The notes: generated from the sequence alone by a model not told the origin. A stretch of DNA of 64,000 bases from an uncultured Thermoleophilia bacterium (GCA_963772095.1 CAVYVU010000017.1:31402-95401), one strand, 5' to 3'. Shown: positions 48,561 to 58,780, counted from the first letter of the stretch. Numbers and translations: made by a program.

Positions 48561-50225
48561 TCAGAAGGACGGGTCGACCACCACGTCGACCAGATTGGGA
48601 ACGCCTGAGCCCAGGGCCTTCTTCAGCGCGTTCCGAGGTCGGCCGGGTCGGTCACCTTCCGGGCAGCGATGCCCAGGCCTTCCGCGATCTTGCAGAAGTC
48701 GATCTCCGGCGGGGACAGCACCGTGCCCAGGTTCCGGCCCTTGACCTCGTCCCCCATCAGCTTCGTCTTCATGATCCGCACCTGGCGGTAGCAGGCGTTG
48801 GACAGGACGATGAAGGTGACGGGAATGTCGTAGTGAGAGGCATTCCACAGACTCTGGATGGACCACATGGCGCTGCCGTCGCCCGCGACGCAGACTACGG
48901 GCCTATCCGGCGAAGCCGAGTTTGGCGCCCAGGGCGGTCGGCAACCCGCCGCCGATGCTGCCCCCGCCTCGTGCGCGCTGATAGCTACGGAGTTCCTTGA
49001 ACGGGATGGTCCTTCTCAGTATGGCCGAGTACGACCAGCAATCATCCACGATCCTCGTGCCCGGTTCGATGGCATCGCTTATCTCAGCCATCAACCTGGT
49101 CCCGGAGATCGGAGTGTTGTCGCGCTCCGACAGCGATTTCTTCTCGAAAGCGTCGACCATCGCTTGCTTTTCGAGAGATATGGCTTTCACTCTCTCGGCG
49201 ACGCTTGAACGTGTGCTGGACGTCAGCATCTCCGCGAGAGCTTCCGTCAGGTCGTTCACAGCCACCTTGATATCGCCCTCGATGCCGCACGCTATCGGCA
49301 GGTTCTTGGCTATCTGCCACGGATTGTTGTCTATCTGGATGACCTTCGTGGAGGGCGGCACGAGGGACTTCGGCAGGTATATGGCCTGCTGGAAGAACAT
49401 GGATCCGATGACCACCAAGACGTCAACCGCTTCCAGGATGTCCCGGGTGGCCAGACTGTTGGGGTCCATGTCGCCGATGTACTGCGGATGGTGGACGGGG
49501 AAGTTGACGTCGCTCATCCACGGCTGATACACGCGGGCGCCGATCTGCTCGGCGAATCGGACCACTTCGTCCAGCGCCTCGCACTTCGTCACGCCGTCTT
49601 CGACGATGATCGCCGGGTTCTTGGCTGCGGAAAGCAGCTCCACGGCGGCCTCGATGGAGCGGTCATCCGGATGAAGTCTCGTATAGGAGTGGCAGCTGGG
49701 CGGATACTCGAAATCGAAGGTGTTGGCCAGCACGTCCCCGGGCAGCGACACCATGACCGGGCCCGTGGGCGGATGCGTCGCCACTTTGAACGCGCGGCGC
49801 ATGACGGTGGGCAGGTCTTCCGGGCGAATGACCTCGGTGGCCCACTTGGTGAAGGGACTGGCTATCTTGACCAGGTTGTCCGACATGGCGGCTTCTTCGG
49901 CCAGCAAGCGAGTGTCCTGCTGCCCCACGGTGACCACCAGGGGGACGCCGCCCCAGTAGGCGTTGGACAGCATCGGAAGACCGGCGGCCAGACCCGTGCC
50001 GGTGTGCAGATTGAGGACTCCCACCTTCCCCGAGGTGCGCGCATACCCTTCGGCCATACCCACCGCCGCGACCTCGTGCAGGCAGAGTATGTACTTTATC
50101 TCCGGATGGTCTTCCATGGCGTCGACGAACTGCACCTCAGTCGCTCCCGGAATACCGAACACATATTCCACGCCTTCATTGCGCAGAATCTGCATCACTG
50201 CTTCTTTACCCGTTACTCTGGACAT
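48561..50225 (-). pseudogene. thiamine-pyrophosphate-dependent enzyme (acetolactate synthase / benzoylformate decarboxylase family) with 2 frameshifts in the C-terminal TPP-binding domain
   Basis: 440-aa N-terminal and central domains intact (48903..50225); TPP-binding domain (GDxxxxN-type region NACYRQVRIM) in ORFs 48623..48868 and 48561..48866. Confidence 0.7.
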
Positions 50226-50436
50226 GTGTCGCGTCTCCTGTGTGGGTCAGTACTGCTACCTTGCCGCGGGATCGTCGCGGCGCACCCCTATTGGTCGGTT
50301 GCGCCGCTGTCAAAGGTGTTTGCCTCTCCCAGAATACCAATCAGCCGCGGCCGGCACGGGGCGGGTGTCGGCTGCGGCGCGCGGTAAGTCTTCGCAATGG
50401 ACCTCTTACCTGTCACGGGCAACAGGTCACAAGACC

Positions 50437-50511
50437 GGATAGGATCTGCACCTCGACTGGTCGCTACCGCTCTTCGAGGAAGATGTCCACCCCGAGGTGC
50501 AGATCCTATCC
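50437..50511. promoter_or_regulatory. perfect 19-bp inverted repeat (GGATAGGATCTGCACCTCG ... CGAGGTGCAGATCCTATCC) with a 37-nt spacer containing a nested TCTTC-GAG-GAAGA palindrome
   Basis: read directly from the sequence; lies in the 330-bp gap between the SBP gene 3' end and the TPP-enzyme gene start. Confidence 0.5.
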
Positions 50512-50556
50512 CTTTCCTTACTTCAGCTACTCAAGACCGAGTCGCACAGATCGACT

Positions 50557-52074
50557 TTACTTGAACGTGGTATCCGGCAGTATGATCGGCTTGGCTTGGT
50601 TGGTGAGCATGGGCGCATCGGTGTTCTCGACGATGAGCAGGTCGTATTGCCAGACCTTGGTGCTCCAAGGATTCTGCTTGGTGCCCTTGACCCACTGGCC
50701 CATCCACAGCGGGCTGAACACCACGTTCGGGTAGCAGCGCTGGCCCACGGTGGTGCCGCCGGTGTTTACCGCGGAGGTGAAGTCGATGGGGCCGACGATG
50801 GTGTCCATCTTGGTGGCGGCCACGTTCTTGATGATCTCGTTCTTGTCGTCCACGTTGGTGGTGCGCTTAAGCACATCGACGGCCCATTCGAAGAGCATGT
50901 AGTGCTCCTGGGGCTGGGTCCACTGCTGGCCGGTCTTTTTCTCGTAGTCGAGGCACAGGTCCGCGCAGCTCTCACCGGTGAGGGAGGACTTGAAGGGGTT
51001 GGTGGGATGCCACCAGCTGGTGCCGCACAGCCCGAAGCCGGTGGTGCCCAGGGCTTCCTGGGTGGTCGGGAAGAGGGTCTGGATGCCGACGTCGACCACC
51101 TTGGGAACCCAACCTTGCTGGTAGCACTGCTTCCAGAAGTTGGCCCAGTCCGGCGGGATCATGAGGCCGGTGATGAGTTCGCAGCCCTGCTTCTTAAACA
51201 GGCTGATGACCGTGGTCCAGTTCTCCATGCCCAGCTGGAAGGGGCCGGCATCGACCACGGTGAAACCGGCGGCCTTCATGGGGGGTTGGTAGAAGCTGCG
51301 GCGGTCGTTACCCTCTACGTCGTTGGGCCACAGGCAGCCGACCATCTTGTTGGTGGGCAGCGCGGGGTCGCCCAAGAGGGCCATGCTGCAGTCGACCAGG
51401 CCTTGGTTGTCCCAGAACACGAAGTAGGACCACTTGAACTGGGTGGTCTTGTTGCCGCCGCTACCGTTGATCCAGGAGTCCGCCGGGCTGTCGGTGAGGA
51501 CGCAGGGGCAGCCGAAGGCTTCCGCCTGCTGGCCGGCCGGGATGGTGGTGTCGGTGGTGGAGGCGGCCATGAGGATGTCGACTTTGTTACTGGTGATGAG
51601 GTTGGCGGCCACGGTACCGGCATAGTTGATATCGGACTGCGTATCCACCACGGTGATAGTCATGGGATGGGCTTTGCCGTCGGCGGTGAGCAGAGAGCCG
51701 GCCTTGGCGTATTCCTGCCAGCGGGTCGCCGCCCAGTTATCGGCGGTGCCGAACCCGGCCAGTCCGCCGGTCTTCGGGGTCATGAACCCGAACTTGATCT
51801 CGCGCCCGGTCTCCGGGGCGGAGCTCACTGTGGTGGTGCTGCCCGCGACCGCGCTCGTGGTGGTCTCGCCGGCGGTGGTGGCGGTGGTTGGCGCCGTGGT
51901 CGTGGTGGTGGTGCCGCCGCAGGCGGCCACCAGGCCGCCCAGGCCGGCTCCTACCCCGACCGTGGCTCCGGCGATCCCGGCGATCTTGAGGAACTCGCGG
52001 CGGCTGACCGCCTTGCGTTCCAAAGGACCCGGTCCTTCCTGCAGATCAGAGGTGTTTGGTTCCTTCTCCGACAT
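50557..52074 (-). CDS. ABC-transporter periplasmic substrate-binding lipoprotein with Tat signal (LivJ/amide-type PBP1 fold)
   Basis: RREFLKIAGIAGATVG twin-arginine motif; AACGG lipobox; Thr-rich linker; PBP type-1 body. Confidence 0.75.
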   Translation of the reverse strand: MSEKEPNTSDLQEGPGPLERKAVSRREFLKIAGIAGATVGVGAGLGGLVAACGGTTTTTTAPTTATTAGETTTSAVAGSTTTVSSAPETGREIKFGFMTPKTGGLAGFGTADNWAATRWQEYAKAGSLLTADGKAHPMTITVVDTQSDINYAGTVAANLITSNKVDILMAASTTDTTIPAGQQAEAFGCPCVLTDSPADSWINGSGGNKTTQFKWSYFVFWDNQGLVDCSMALLGDPALPTNKMVGCLWPNDVEGNDRRSFYQPPMKAAGFTVVDAGPFQLGMENWTTVISLFKKQGCELITGLMIPPDWANFWKQCYQQGWVPKVVDVGIQTLFPTTQEALGTTGFGLCGTSWWHPTNPFKSSLTGESCADLCLDYEKKTGQQWTQPQEHYMLFEWAVDVLKRTTNVDDKNEIIKNVAATKMDTIVGPIDFTSAVNTGGTTVGQRCYPNVVFSPLWMGQWVKGTKQNPWSTKVWQYDLLIVENTDAPMLTNQAKPIILPDTTFK

Positions 52075-52240
52075 GTCCCCTCCCTTTTAGCTCCGAGAAT
52101 AACGTCGCGCCCGCGTCATACCGCGGACTGACTTCGTCTGGCGCCGCCTCCATGCGGTTCCGGCAAAGCCGCGTCGCGGCTCCGGCCGCCAGGGTCCCTA
52201 CTGGCCTTATACCATTCATTGGGCAACCGGTCAATGAGAA

Positions 52241-52260
52241 TCTGTAATGTCCATTACAGA
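52241..52260. promoter_or_regulatory. perfect palindrome TCTGTAATG-TC-CATTACAGA in the AT-richer divergent region between the SBP and iclR genes (candidate IclR operator)
   Basis: 9-bp arms, 2-bp spacer, read directly from the sequence. Confidence 0.5.
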
Positions 52261-52433
52261 AATGTGGTTAATTGTTGTGGGAATGTGAAATCGCGCTCGG
52301 ATGGAACAATGATCGTGGATGGCCATTCGCTCAAATACAGCGCGATGCTAGACTTTGGGCGATGATCGACGCGAAGGTCCGCCCAGAACCGGCCTCTGGG
52401 CCGTCTTGCGAGCTGGTGCAGAGAGGATTCACA

Positions 52434-53273
52434 GTGGCGGCCACTAAGAAGAGCAAGCCAATAGAGGAACGTTCCGATGACCCTTCGATAGTGCGTTCCC
52501 TGTCCAGGGGGCTGATGCTTCTCGGCCTCTTCGATTCGGAACATCAGGAATTGACTCTGGACGAGCTGACCGAGCAAACCGGATTTCCCAGGATGACGGT
52601 CTGGCGCATGCTGAGAACTCTGGAGGCAGCCGACTACGTTGTCCGCGACCCGATCACGAGTCGATACCACCTTGGGCCCGCCATGCTGGTATCCACGTAC
52701 TTGACCTGGGGTTACGCGGCCGTCTTGCAGGCTGCCCGCCCGTATTTGGAGGCGCTCGCGCGGGAGACCGAGGAGCCTGTCACCCTGGCTGTCGAGATCG
52801 ACGGGGTCGCGGTGAGCGTAGATCGGGTGGACAGCTCTCGTTTCTTCCACAGAGAGGTGGCTCTCGGCAGGATAATCGGGGATACCGCGAACGCACATGG
52901 AAAAGTGTTCGCTGCCTTCAAAGCCGAGACGGACAGGGAGTTGATAATCAGTCGGCCACGCCCGCAATTGACTCCCAATACGATCACGGACGCCAAAGCC
53001 CTTCGACTGGAGCTCGAGCGCGTGGTGCGTGAAGGAGTCGCCTTCGATATCGAGGAGCGAAACATCGGCACCTGCGCCGTGGCGGCACCCGTCTTCAACC
53101 AGGTGGGGGCTGTCATGGCCACTATCGCAGTTCTGGTTCCAACCGGCCGCTTTGGCCCCGAAGAACGCCGCAAATGTGCCGAGGCGGTCCGTGCCACCGC
53201 CGCCTCTCTCTCCGCCTTCCTCGGGTACGCCTCGTCCAAGCCGACGGAACTGCCCAAAGCGAGCTCATCATGA
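52434..53273 (+). CDS. IclR-family transcriptional regulator
   Basis: HTH LTLDELTEQTGFPRMTVWRMLRTLE plus IclR effector domain; start refined to the in-frame GTG at 52434, preceded by a GAGAGGA SD (ORF-finder start 52272). Confidence 0.8.
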   Translation: MAATKKSKPIEERSDDPSIVRSLSRGLMLLGLFDSEHQELTLDELTEQTGFPRMTVWRMLRTLEAADYVVRDPITSRYHLGPAMLVSTYLTWGYAAVLQAARPYLEALARETEEPVTLAVEIDGVAVSVDRVDSSRFFHREVALGRIIGDTANAHGKVFAAFKAETDRELIISRPRPQLTPNTITDAKALRLELERVVREGVAFDIEERNIGTCAVAAPVFNQVGAVMATIAVLVPTGRFGPEERRKCAEAVRATAASLSAFLGYASSKPTELPKASSS

Positions 53274-53377
53274 CTGAAGCGTGACCACAGACCGCTGAGG
53301 TCTTCGCTGGCACCCTGCCCGCGAAGACAACTCGTCAGTACGGCGCCAACCTCCTCACCCGTTCCGCTGATCGATCT

Positions 53378-54550
53378 CTACATAGACCGGCGGAGGATCT
53401 CAGCAGCATCCTCCTCATCAAGGTTTGCCAATGACGAGTCCATGCATGGCTTCATCGTGAGGAAAGCTTCTTGGGCTATGGTCTGGATCATGTCTTCGGT
53501 GACCCCGAGGCTGGATGCCGAGATGTCGAGGTCGACTTTCGCGAGAAAATCCTTGAGCGCCTCGGACGACTGCTCAGCCAGCTCGGTCTCTGTGAGGCCT
53601 TTTCCAGACCTCCCGAGCAACTGGGCGATCTTTGCGTAGCGAGCCGGATTGCTCGCGTATGTGTAACCAAGATACGCGGGTCCCAACGCCGCCATGGTCT
53701 TGCCGTGCACAGAGTCGGTGTGTCCCCCGATGCACTGGCCTATCGCGTGTATCGCGACGACGTTCGCGTTGTCGAATGCGAGCCCGGCAAGGGTGCTGGC
53801 CCACGCCATATTAGTTCTGGCTCCGAGGTTCGAGCCGTCGTGAAAGACGGCTTCAAGATTCGCGACCGTCAGCCGGATCGCTTCCTGACCCACTAAGTCG
53901 CTGAAGAGGTTGGCCCCCCTGGACAAGAACGCCTCCAGCGCGTGAAACAGCACATCGACCCCGGTTGTGGCGGTCACGTCTCCGGGCACCCCCAGCATTA
54001 AGTTGGGGTCGACGATGGACACAGTCGGATACAGACTCCTGTGGACGACGCCCGGCTTGTAGTGCCTCTGCGTGTCTGTGATGACCGCGATGCGCGTGAC
54101 TTCTGACCCTGTGCCGGCAGTGGTGGTGATGGTCACGATCGGGAGAGCGTCCCGAACCCCCACCGCCCACGGGTTCTTGCCGCCCGGCAGGTAGTCGAGG
54201 ACCGACGTGTCATTAGCAGCCGAGAAGGCGATCGCCTTCGCCGCGTCCATCGCGCTGCCGCCTCCCAGACCGACCACGAATGAGCAGTCTTCGTCACGGA
54301 CGACCTTGGCCAGTCGGTCGACATATTCCGCGCGGGGATTAGGCTCTACGCTTTCGTCGACCACCACTGCAACACCGGCTTTGCCCAGCAGATCCGTGAC
54401 CATGCCCAGGATGCCTGTTGCCCTCATGACGTCCGGATACGTTACAAGCAACGCTTTGGATCCGAGCCCGGAAACGGCTTCCGGCAGTCTCGCGACGGAA
54501 CCAGGGCCGAACACGACTCCGGTCGGCAGGCAGAAGTTGAACGGCTCCAT
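53378..54550 (-). CDS. iron-containing (group III) alcohol dehydrogenase
   Basis: GGGSAMDAAKAIA motif and Fe-ADH fold over 390 aa. Confidence 0.85.
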   Translation of the reverse strand: MEPFNFCLPTGVVFGPGSVARLPEAVSGLGSKALLVTYPDVMRATGILGMVTDLLGKAGVAVVVDESVEPNPRAEYVDRLAKVVRDEDCSFVVGLGGGSAMDAAKAIAFSAANDTSVLDYLPGGKNPWAVGVRDALPIVTITTTAGTGSEVTRIAVITDTQRHYKPGVVHRSLYPTVSIVDPNLMLGVPGDVTATTGVDVLFHALEAFLSRGANLFSDLVGQEAIRLTVANLEAVFHDGSNLGARTNMAWASTLAGLAFDNANVVAIHAIGQCIGGHTDSVHGKTMAALGPAYLGYTYASNPARYAKIAQLLGRSGKGLTETELAEQSSEALKDFLAKVDLDISASSLGVTEDMIQTIAQEAFLTMKPCMDSSLANLDEEDAAEILRRSM

Positions 54551-54667
54551 CTTGATCCTCCTGAGTTAGAGTGGGACGAACGCGGTCAGGGCCCGCTCGA
54601 TGCGGCCGGCTGCCAGATTTTCCCCTTTGCGATCAACGAGAGATTCTATCGCTCCGCAAGAAAGTAC

Positions 54668-56785
54668 TCACTCCGTACCCGGAAGCCCGGTGTGCGGTTG
54701 ATAGACGGCCGAGGCGCCTTCTAAGGCGTCGTCGAGTATTTCCGCGATATCTCGAACGTTTAGCTGCCCCTCAAGTCCCTCGTGTTTTACGCCGTCGTCG
54801 AGCATGATCTTGCAGAAAGGGCAGGCGGTTCCCACCACCTGCGCGCCGGTAGCTGCCATCTCCCGGATGCGCAAGAACTCGATAGGCTCTCCAATCTTCA
54901 TCTCACTCCACATGCGGCCCCCTCCCCCGCCGCAGCAGAAGCCGTCGCGGCCGTGGCGCTGAGGCTCCCTCAAAGACGCGCCTGTCTCGGCGATCAGGTC
55001 GCGGGGCTGCTGATAGATGTCGTTGTAGCGCCCCAGGTAGCAGGAGTCGTGATACGCCACCGTCAGACCGACGGTCGGGGTGACCGGCAGGCGACCGCTC
55101 GACACCAGCTCGAGCAGTAGTTCGGAGTGATGTACCACCTTCCAGTCGGCACCGATCTGAGGGTAGTCGTTGCGGAAGGTGTTGTAGCAATGGGGGCATT
55201 GCGTGAGAATCGCGCGGAAGCGGTACTTGTCGATGGTCTCCTTCAAGGATGCCGCCCCCACTTGGAAGAGCATTTCCTCCCCCATCCGGCGCGCGGCCTC
55301 ACAGCTGCACGTTTCTTCCTCTCCCAGCACGGCGTAGGACACCCCCGCCCGGTCGAGCAGGCGCACGATCGCCCTGGTCACGTTCTGAGAACGCGGATCG
55401 TAGCTGCCCGCGCAGCCGACGAAAAAGAGATAGTCGACGGGTTCGGGCTCGGCGCCCCCGGACGCCTCCGCGTTGTCGGATGGTTTGCCGTCAATTTGGA
55501 TCTCCGCAAGCACGGGTACGTCTAGGCCCAGCCCTTCGGTCCAAGCCATGCGGTCTTTCTGCTTCAACTGCCACGGGTTGCCCCGCATGCCCATGGACTC
55601 GAGGGCCTTGGCCGCGCTGCCGCTCAGGCGGCCTTCGTTGGTGAGGTGACGCCGGATCTCGAGCACCTTGTCGAGCTGGTTGATGGCCACCGGACAGTGC
55701 TCCACACAACTTCTGCAAGTGGTGCAACTCCAGATCTCGTCGTCTCCGATAACGTCCAGCAGGTCGGGGATATCACCCTGCGCGTGAAACCCAGGGAGCA
55801 GGCGGCGGGTTGCTTCGGCGGTCTTCTGCTGCAGGACTTGCCGGCTTTTCAGAACGATCGTCTTGGGATTCAAGGGCTTGCCGGAAGCTGTAGCCGGACA
55901 GACCTCTTCGCAACGGCCGCAGTGTGTGCAGGCATCGAGATCCTCGAGATCGGGCCAAGAGTAGGCGGTGATCGTCCCCACGCCCAGGCTCTCGACCTCC
56001 TCGATGTCCGGGACAAAGGTCATCGAACCCTTCAGGCGCCGGTCGCGCAGGAAGACATTGGCCGGAGCAGTGAAGACGTGCAAGAACTTCGTGAAGCCGA
56101 GCACTCCCACGAAGCCCAGAGTAACCAGCATGTGGAAGATCCAGAGGTACCGGTAGAACGTGCTGACGCCACCCACGCTGGCTATGTTCGCGAGGCCTTT
56201 GCCAAGTCCGTAGCCCACGAAGCTGGCGACCCTCTCATAATGGGGGAAACCAGCCACGTAGATCCGGGCGCCTTCGAGAAGGAAGCCCGTGATCCCGATC
56301 ACGAACAGCAGGATCAGGGGATAGTGGTCGTACCAGCTGCGCTCGAGCTTAGCCGGCCTGCTGATGTAGCGACGCACGGCGGCCAGGATGACACCGATAA
56401 GGAGCGCCAACCCGCCGATCTCCATGATGAAGCTGAACCCAAGATAGAAGCGGCCCATGAAGAAGTGCAGGCCAAAGTCGATGGCGAAGATGAGGATGAT
56501 GGTCCCGATGAGCAGGACCGTGAAGCCCCAGAAGATCGAAAGGTGCATGACCCCCGCGTAACGATCCTCAAGGATGGCCTTCTGCAGAAGACCGTTCATC
56601 ACGAAGTCCCACGCACGCCTCGCCATGTGATCCGTGCGTGTGGTCGGTGCCGGCTGCGCCTTCCTGTACATCCACACCCGGCGGGCAAGGTACCCTATGA
56701 GCGAGAGGACCGCGACCGCGGCTCCCGCGTACATGACGACCTCCGCCCACAGGGGCACGTTCCATAGGAGCTCTCGGGTCTCCAC
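54668..56785 (-). CDS. EtfD-like membrane-bound Fe-S oxidoreductase (DUF224/CCG-domain, HdrD/GlpC-like) predicted to couple Etf to the quinone pool
   Basis: N-terminal roughly 270-aa multi-TM domain; two ferredoxin motifs CTHCGRCEEVCP and CTTCRSCVEHCP; two CCG cysteine-rich domains (FVGCAGSYD, GFCCGGGGG); immediately downstream of etfBA. Confidence 0.75.
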   Translation of the reverse strand: METRELLWNVPLWAEVVMYAGAAVAVLSLIGYLARRVWMYRKAQPAPTTRTDHMARRAWDFVMNGLLQKAILEDRYAGVMHLSIFWGFTVLLIGTIILIFAIDFGLHFFMGRFYLGFSFIMEIGGLALLIGVILAAVRRYISRPAKLERSWYDHYPLILLFVIGITGFLLEGARIYVAGFPHYERVASFVGYGLGKGLANIASVGGVSTFYRYLWIFHMLVTLGFVGVLGFTKFLHVFTAPANVFLRDRRLKGSMTFVPDIEEVESLGVGTITAYSWPDLEDLDACTHCGRCEEVCPATASGKPLNPKTIVLKSRQVLQQKTAEATRRLLPGFHAQGDIPDLLDVIGDDEIWSCTTCRSCVEHCPVAINQLDKVLEIRRHLTNEGRLSGSAAKALESMGMRGNPWQLKQKDRMAWTEGLGLDVPVLAEIQIDGKPSDNAEASGGAEPEPVDYLFFVGCAGSYDPRSQNVTRAIVRLLDRAGVSYAVLGEEETCSCEAARRMGEEMLFQVGAASLKETIDKYRFRAILTQCPHCYNTFRNDYPQIGADWKVVHHSELLLELVSSGRLPVTPTVGLTVAYHDSCYLGRYNDIYQQPRDLIAETGASLREPQRHGRDGFCCGGGGGRMWSEMKIGEPIEFLRIREMAATGAQVVGTACPFCKIMLDDGVKHEGLEGQLNVRDIAEILDDALEGASAVYQPHTGLPGTE

Positions 56786-56794
56786 TCCGCCGTC

Positions 56795-57850
56795 CTAAGA
56801 TGAGGCCTTGCGCCGACGGATCTCCTCAGTGAGGGCGGGCACCACCGTATGCAGGTCCCCTACCAGGCCGAAGTCGGCGAAGGAGAAGATAGGGGCGTCC
56901 GGATCCTTGTTGATGGCCACGATGTAGTCCGAGGTCTGCATGCCTGCCCGGTGCTGGATGGACCCGGAGATGCCACAGGCGATGTAGAGCTTGGGCGAGA
57001 CGGTCTTGCCGGTCTGCCCCACCTGGAACTGATGGGGTCTCCATCCGGAGTCCACAGCCGCCCGGCTGGCCCCGACCGCCGCGCCGAGCTCGTCGGCAAG
57101 CGCCTGGATGATTCCGAAGCCCTCGGCACCGCCAAGGCCACGGCCGCCGGATACTATGATCGCAGCCTCCTCGAGACTGACGATGCCCGTGTTCTCGCAA
57201 ACCACGTCCACGACCGTCACAACCAGTCCACCGGGCCTGAAGTCGATCGGCAGCGGTATCACCTCAGGGCTTGCCGCTGCCTCCTCGCGGGCGAACATGT
57301 TCGACCGCACCGTCGCAAGCGCCGGCGTGGACACGGCTTCCTTCTCGACGATCACGCCTCCCCCAAAACAGGGATGGCTGGCTATCAGACGGCCGTCCGC
57401 AGCTTCCAGACCTGTGACATCCGCCAGAAGACCCACGCCCAAACGCGTGGCACAGGCGGAAGCCATGTCCCGGCCTTCCGTGGAGCCCGAGAAAAGGACC
57501 AACGCGGGAGCAGCGGCCGCGATAGCTGCCATCGCCCCGTCGGTGAAGGGACCGGGTCGAAAGACCGCGAGCTCCGGGCTCTCGACCACATAGACTCGCT
57601 CGGCACCGTAGCGGGCGGCCGCGGCCACAAATGGCCCAGCCTCAGTCGTCATGATCACCACGCTTACGGGGCCGCCTATCGTTCCGGCAAGGGCGCGAGC
57701 CCGCGTGATGCTCTCCAACGTGACATTGGCGAGTTTCCCTTGCCTGGGCTCGGCTACAACAAGGATGCCACTTTCATTACTCACGGATCTATCTCCCATA
57801 CCACGTCGGTCTCCAGTCGGGCACGAAACGGGCGTGTTGTGTTCGCTCAC
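56795..57850 (-). CDS. etfA: electron transfer flavoprotein alpha subunit
   Basis: ILVVAEP... FAD-binding C-terminal domain (YIACGISGSIQHRAGM); likely true start is the GTG near 57784 after a GGAGAT SD. Confidence 0.85.
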   Translation of the reverse strand: MSEHNTPVSCPTGDRRGMGDRSVSNESGILVVAEPRQGKLANVTLESITRARALAGTIGGPVSVVIMTTEAGPFVAAAARYGAERVYVVESPELAVFRPGPFTDGAMAAIAAAAPALVLFSGSTEGRDMASACATRLGVGLLADVTGLEAADGRLIASHPCFGGGVIVEKEAVSTPALATVRSNMFAREEAAASPEVIPLPIDFRPGGLVVTVVDVVCENTGIVSLEEAAIIVSGGRGLGGAEGFGIIQALADELGAAVGASRAAVDSGWRPHQFQVGQTGKTVSPKLYIACGISGSIQHRAGMQTSDYIVAINKDPDAPIFSFADFGLVGDLHTVVPALTEEIRRRKASS

Positions 57851-57856
57851 ACACCG

Positions 57857-58633
57857 CTAGATGAGCTTCTCGCTCGCCAAGAAATCGGCGATCCGCTGGG
57901 CGCCGTCACCGTCGTCCTCAACCTTCACTCCCGCCTTCCGCGGCTCGGGTGAACGGCCGGAGAGAACACGGGTCTTCGCACCAGTCAGTCCAACCTGCGC
58001 TGCGTCCAGTCCCAGAGCGGCTGCGTCTCTTACCTCTAGGGGCTTTTTCTTCGCGCTCATGATGCCTTTCATCGACGGGTAACGAGGCTCGTTAATGCCC
58101 TTCACGACGGAAAGAACGGCAGGCGCGGGGCACTCGTAGACGACGTAGCCCTCTTCTGTCTCGCGATGGACGGCAAGGATGGAGTCGCGGACTTCCACTT
58201 TCGACAAAGAGGAGAGCAAAGGCAGGCCAAGCCGGTCGGCCACAGCCGCGGGCACACAGCCCGTCTCACCGTCCGTGGACCGCATTCCAAAAAGTACGAG
58301 GTCATGGTCGAAAGTCTTGAGCGCCTCCGCCAGGACGTAGGCCGTACTCTGCAAATCCGAGCCGGCTAAAGCATCGTCGCTGACCATCAATGCGCGGTCG
58401 GCACCCATGGCCAGGGCTTTGAGCACAGCCTCGGTGGCCGTCTCCGGCCCCATGCACAGCACGGTGACCTCGCCACCATGAGACTCCCTCAGGCGCAACG
58501 CTTCCTCCACCGCGTACTCGTCGTACGGGTTGAGGATGCAGTCCACGCTACGATCCAGACGCCAAGACACGGGGTCGAGTCTCTTCTCGGCCTCTGTGTC
58601 AACCACCTGCTTCACGCATACCGCGATATTCAC
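57857..58633 (-). CDS. etfB: electron transfer flavoprotein beta subunit
   Basis: MNIAVCVKQVVDTEAEKRLD canonical EtfB N-terminus; GTG start with GGAAGGGAAGG SD. Confidence 0.9.
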   Translation of the reverse strand: MNIAVCVKQVVDTEAEKRLDPVSWRLDRSVDCILNPYDEYAVEEALRLRESHGGEVTVLCMGPETATEAVLKALAMGADRALMVSDDALAGSDLQSTAYVLAEALKTFDHDLVLFGMRSTDGETGCVPAAVADRLGLPLLSSLSKVEVRDSILAVHRETEEGYVVYECPAPAVLSVVKGINEPRYPSMKGIMSAKKKPLEVRDAAALGLDAAQVGLTGAKTRVLSGRSPEPRKAGVKVEDDGDGAQRIADFLASEKLI

Positions 58634-58690
58634 TGGCCTTCCCTTCCTTCACAAGGCGACCTCCGACCGTGCCGCACCTTGAGGCCGGCC

Positions 58691-58780
58691 GCTACATCAT
58701 AATCCGGCAGAGCCGTTGGGCCATCTCTTCTACGTAACTTTTCATGGCTGCGGCAAAGTATTACGATGACGTATAGATGG
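58691..58780. promoter_or_regulatory. left copy of a roughly 90-bp duplicated element in the divergent etfB/lysR promoter region; includes the dyad TACG-N4-CGTA (T-N11-A) and the lysR ATG
   Basis: reverse complement aligns to 59726..59815 with about 81 percent identity overall and about 91 percent over the first 58 bp. Confidence 0.6.
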
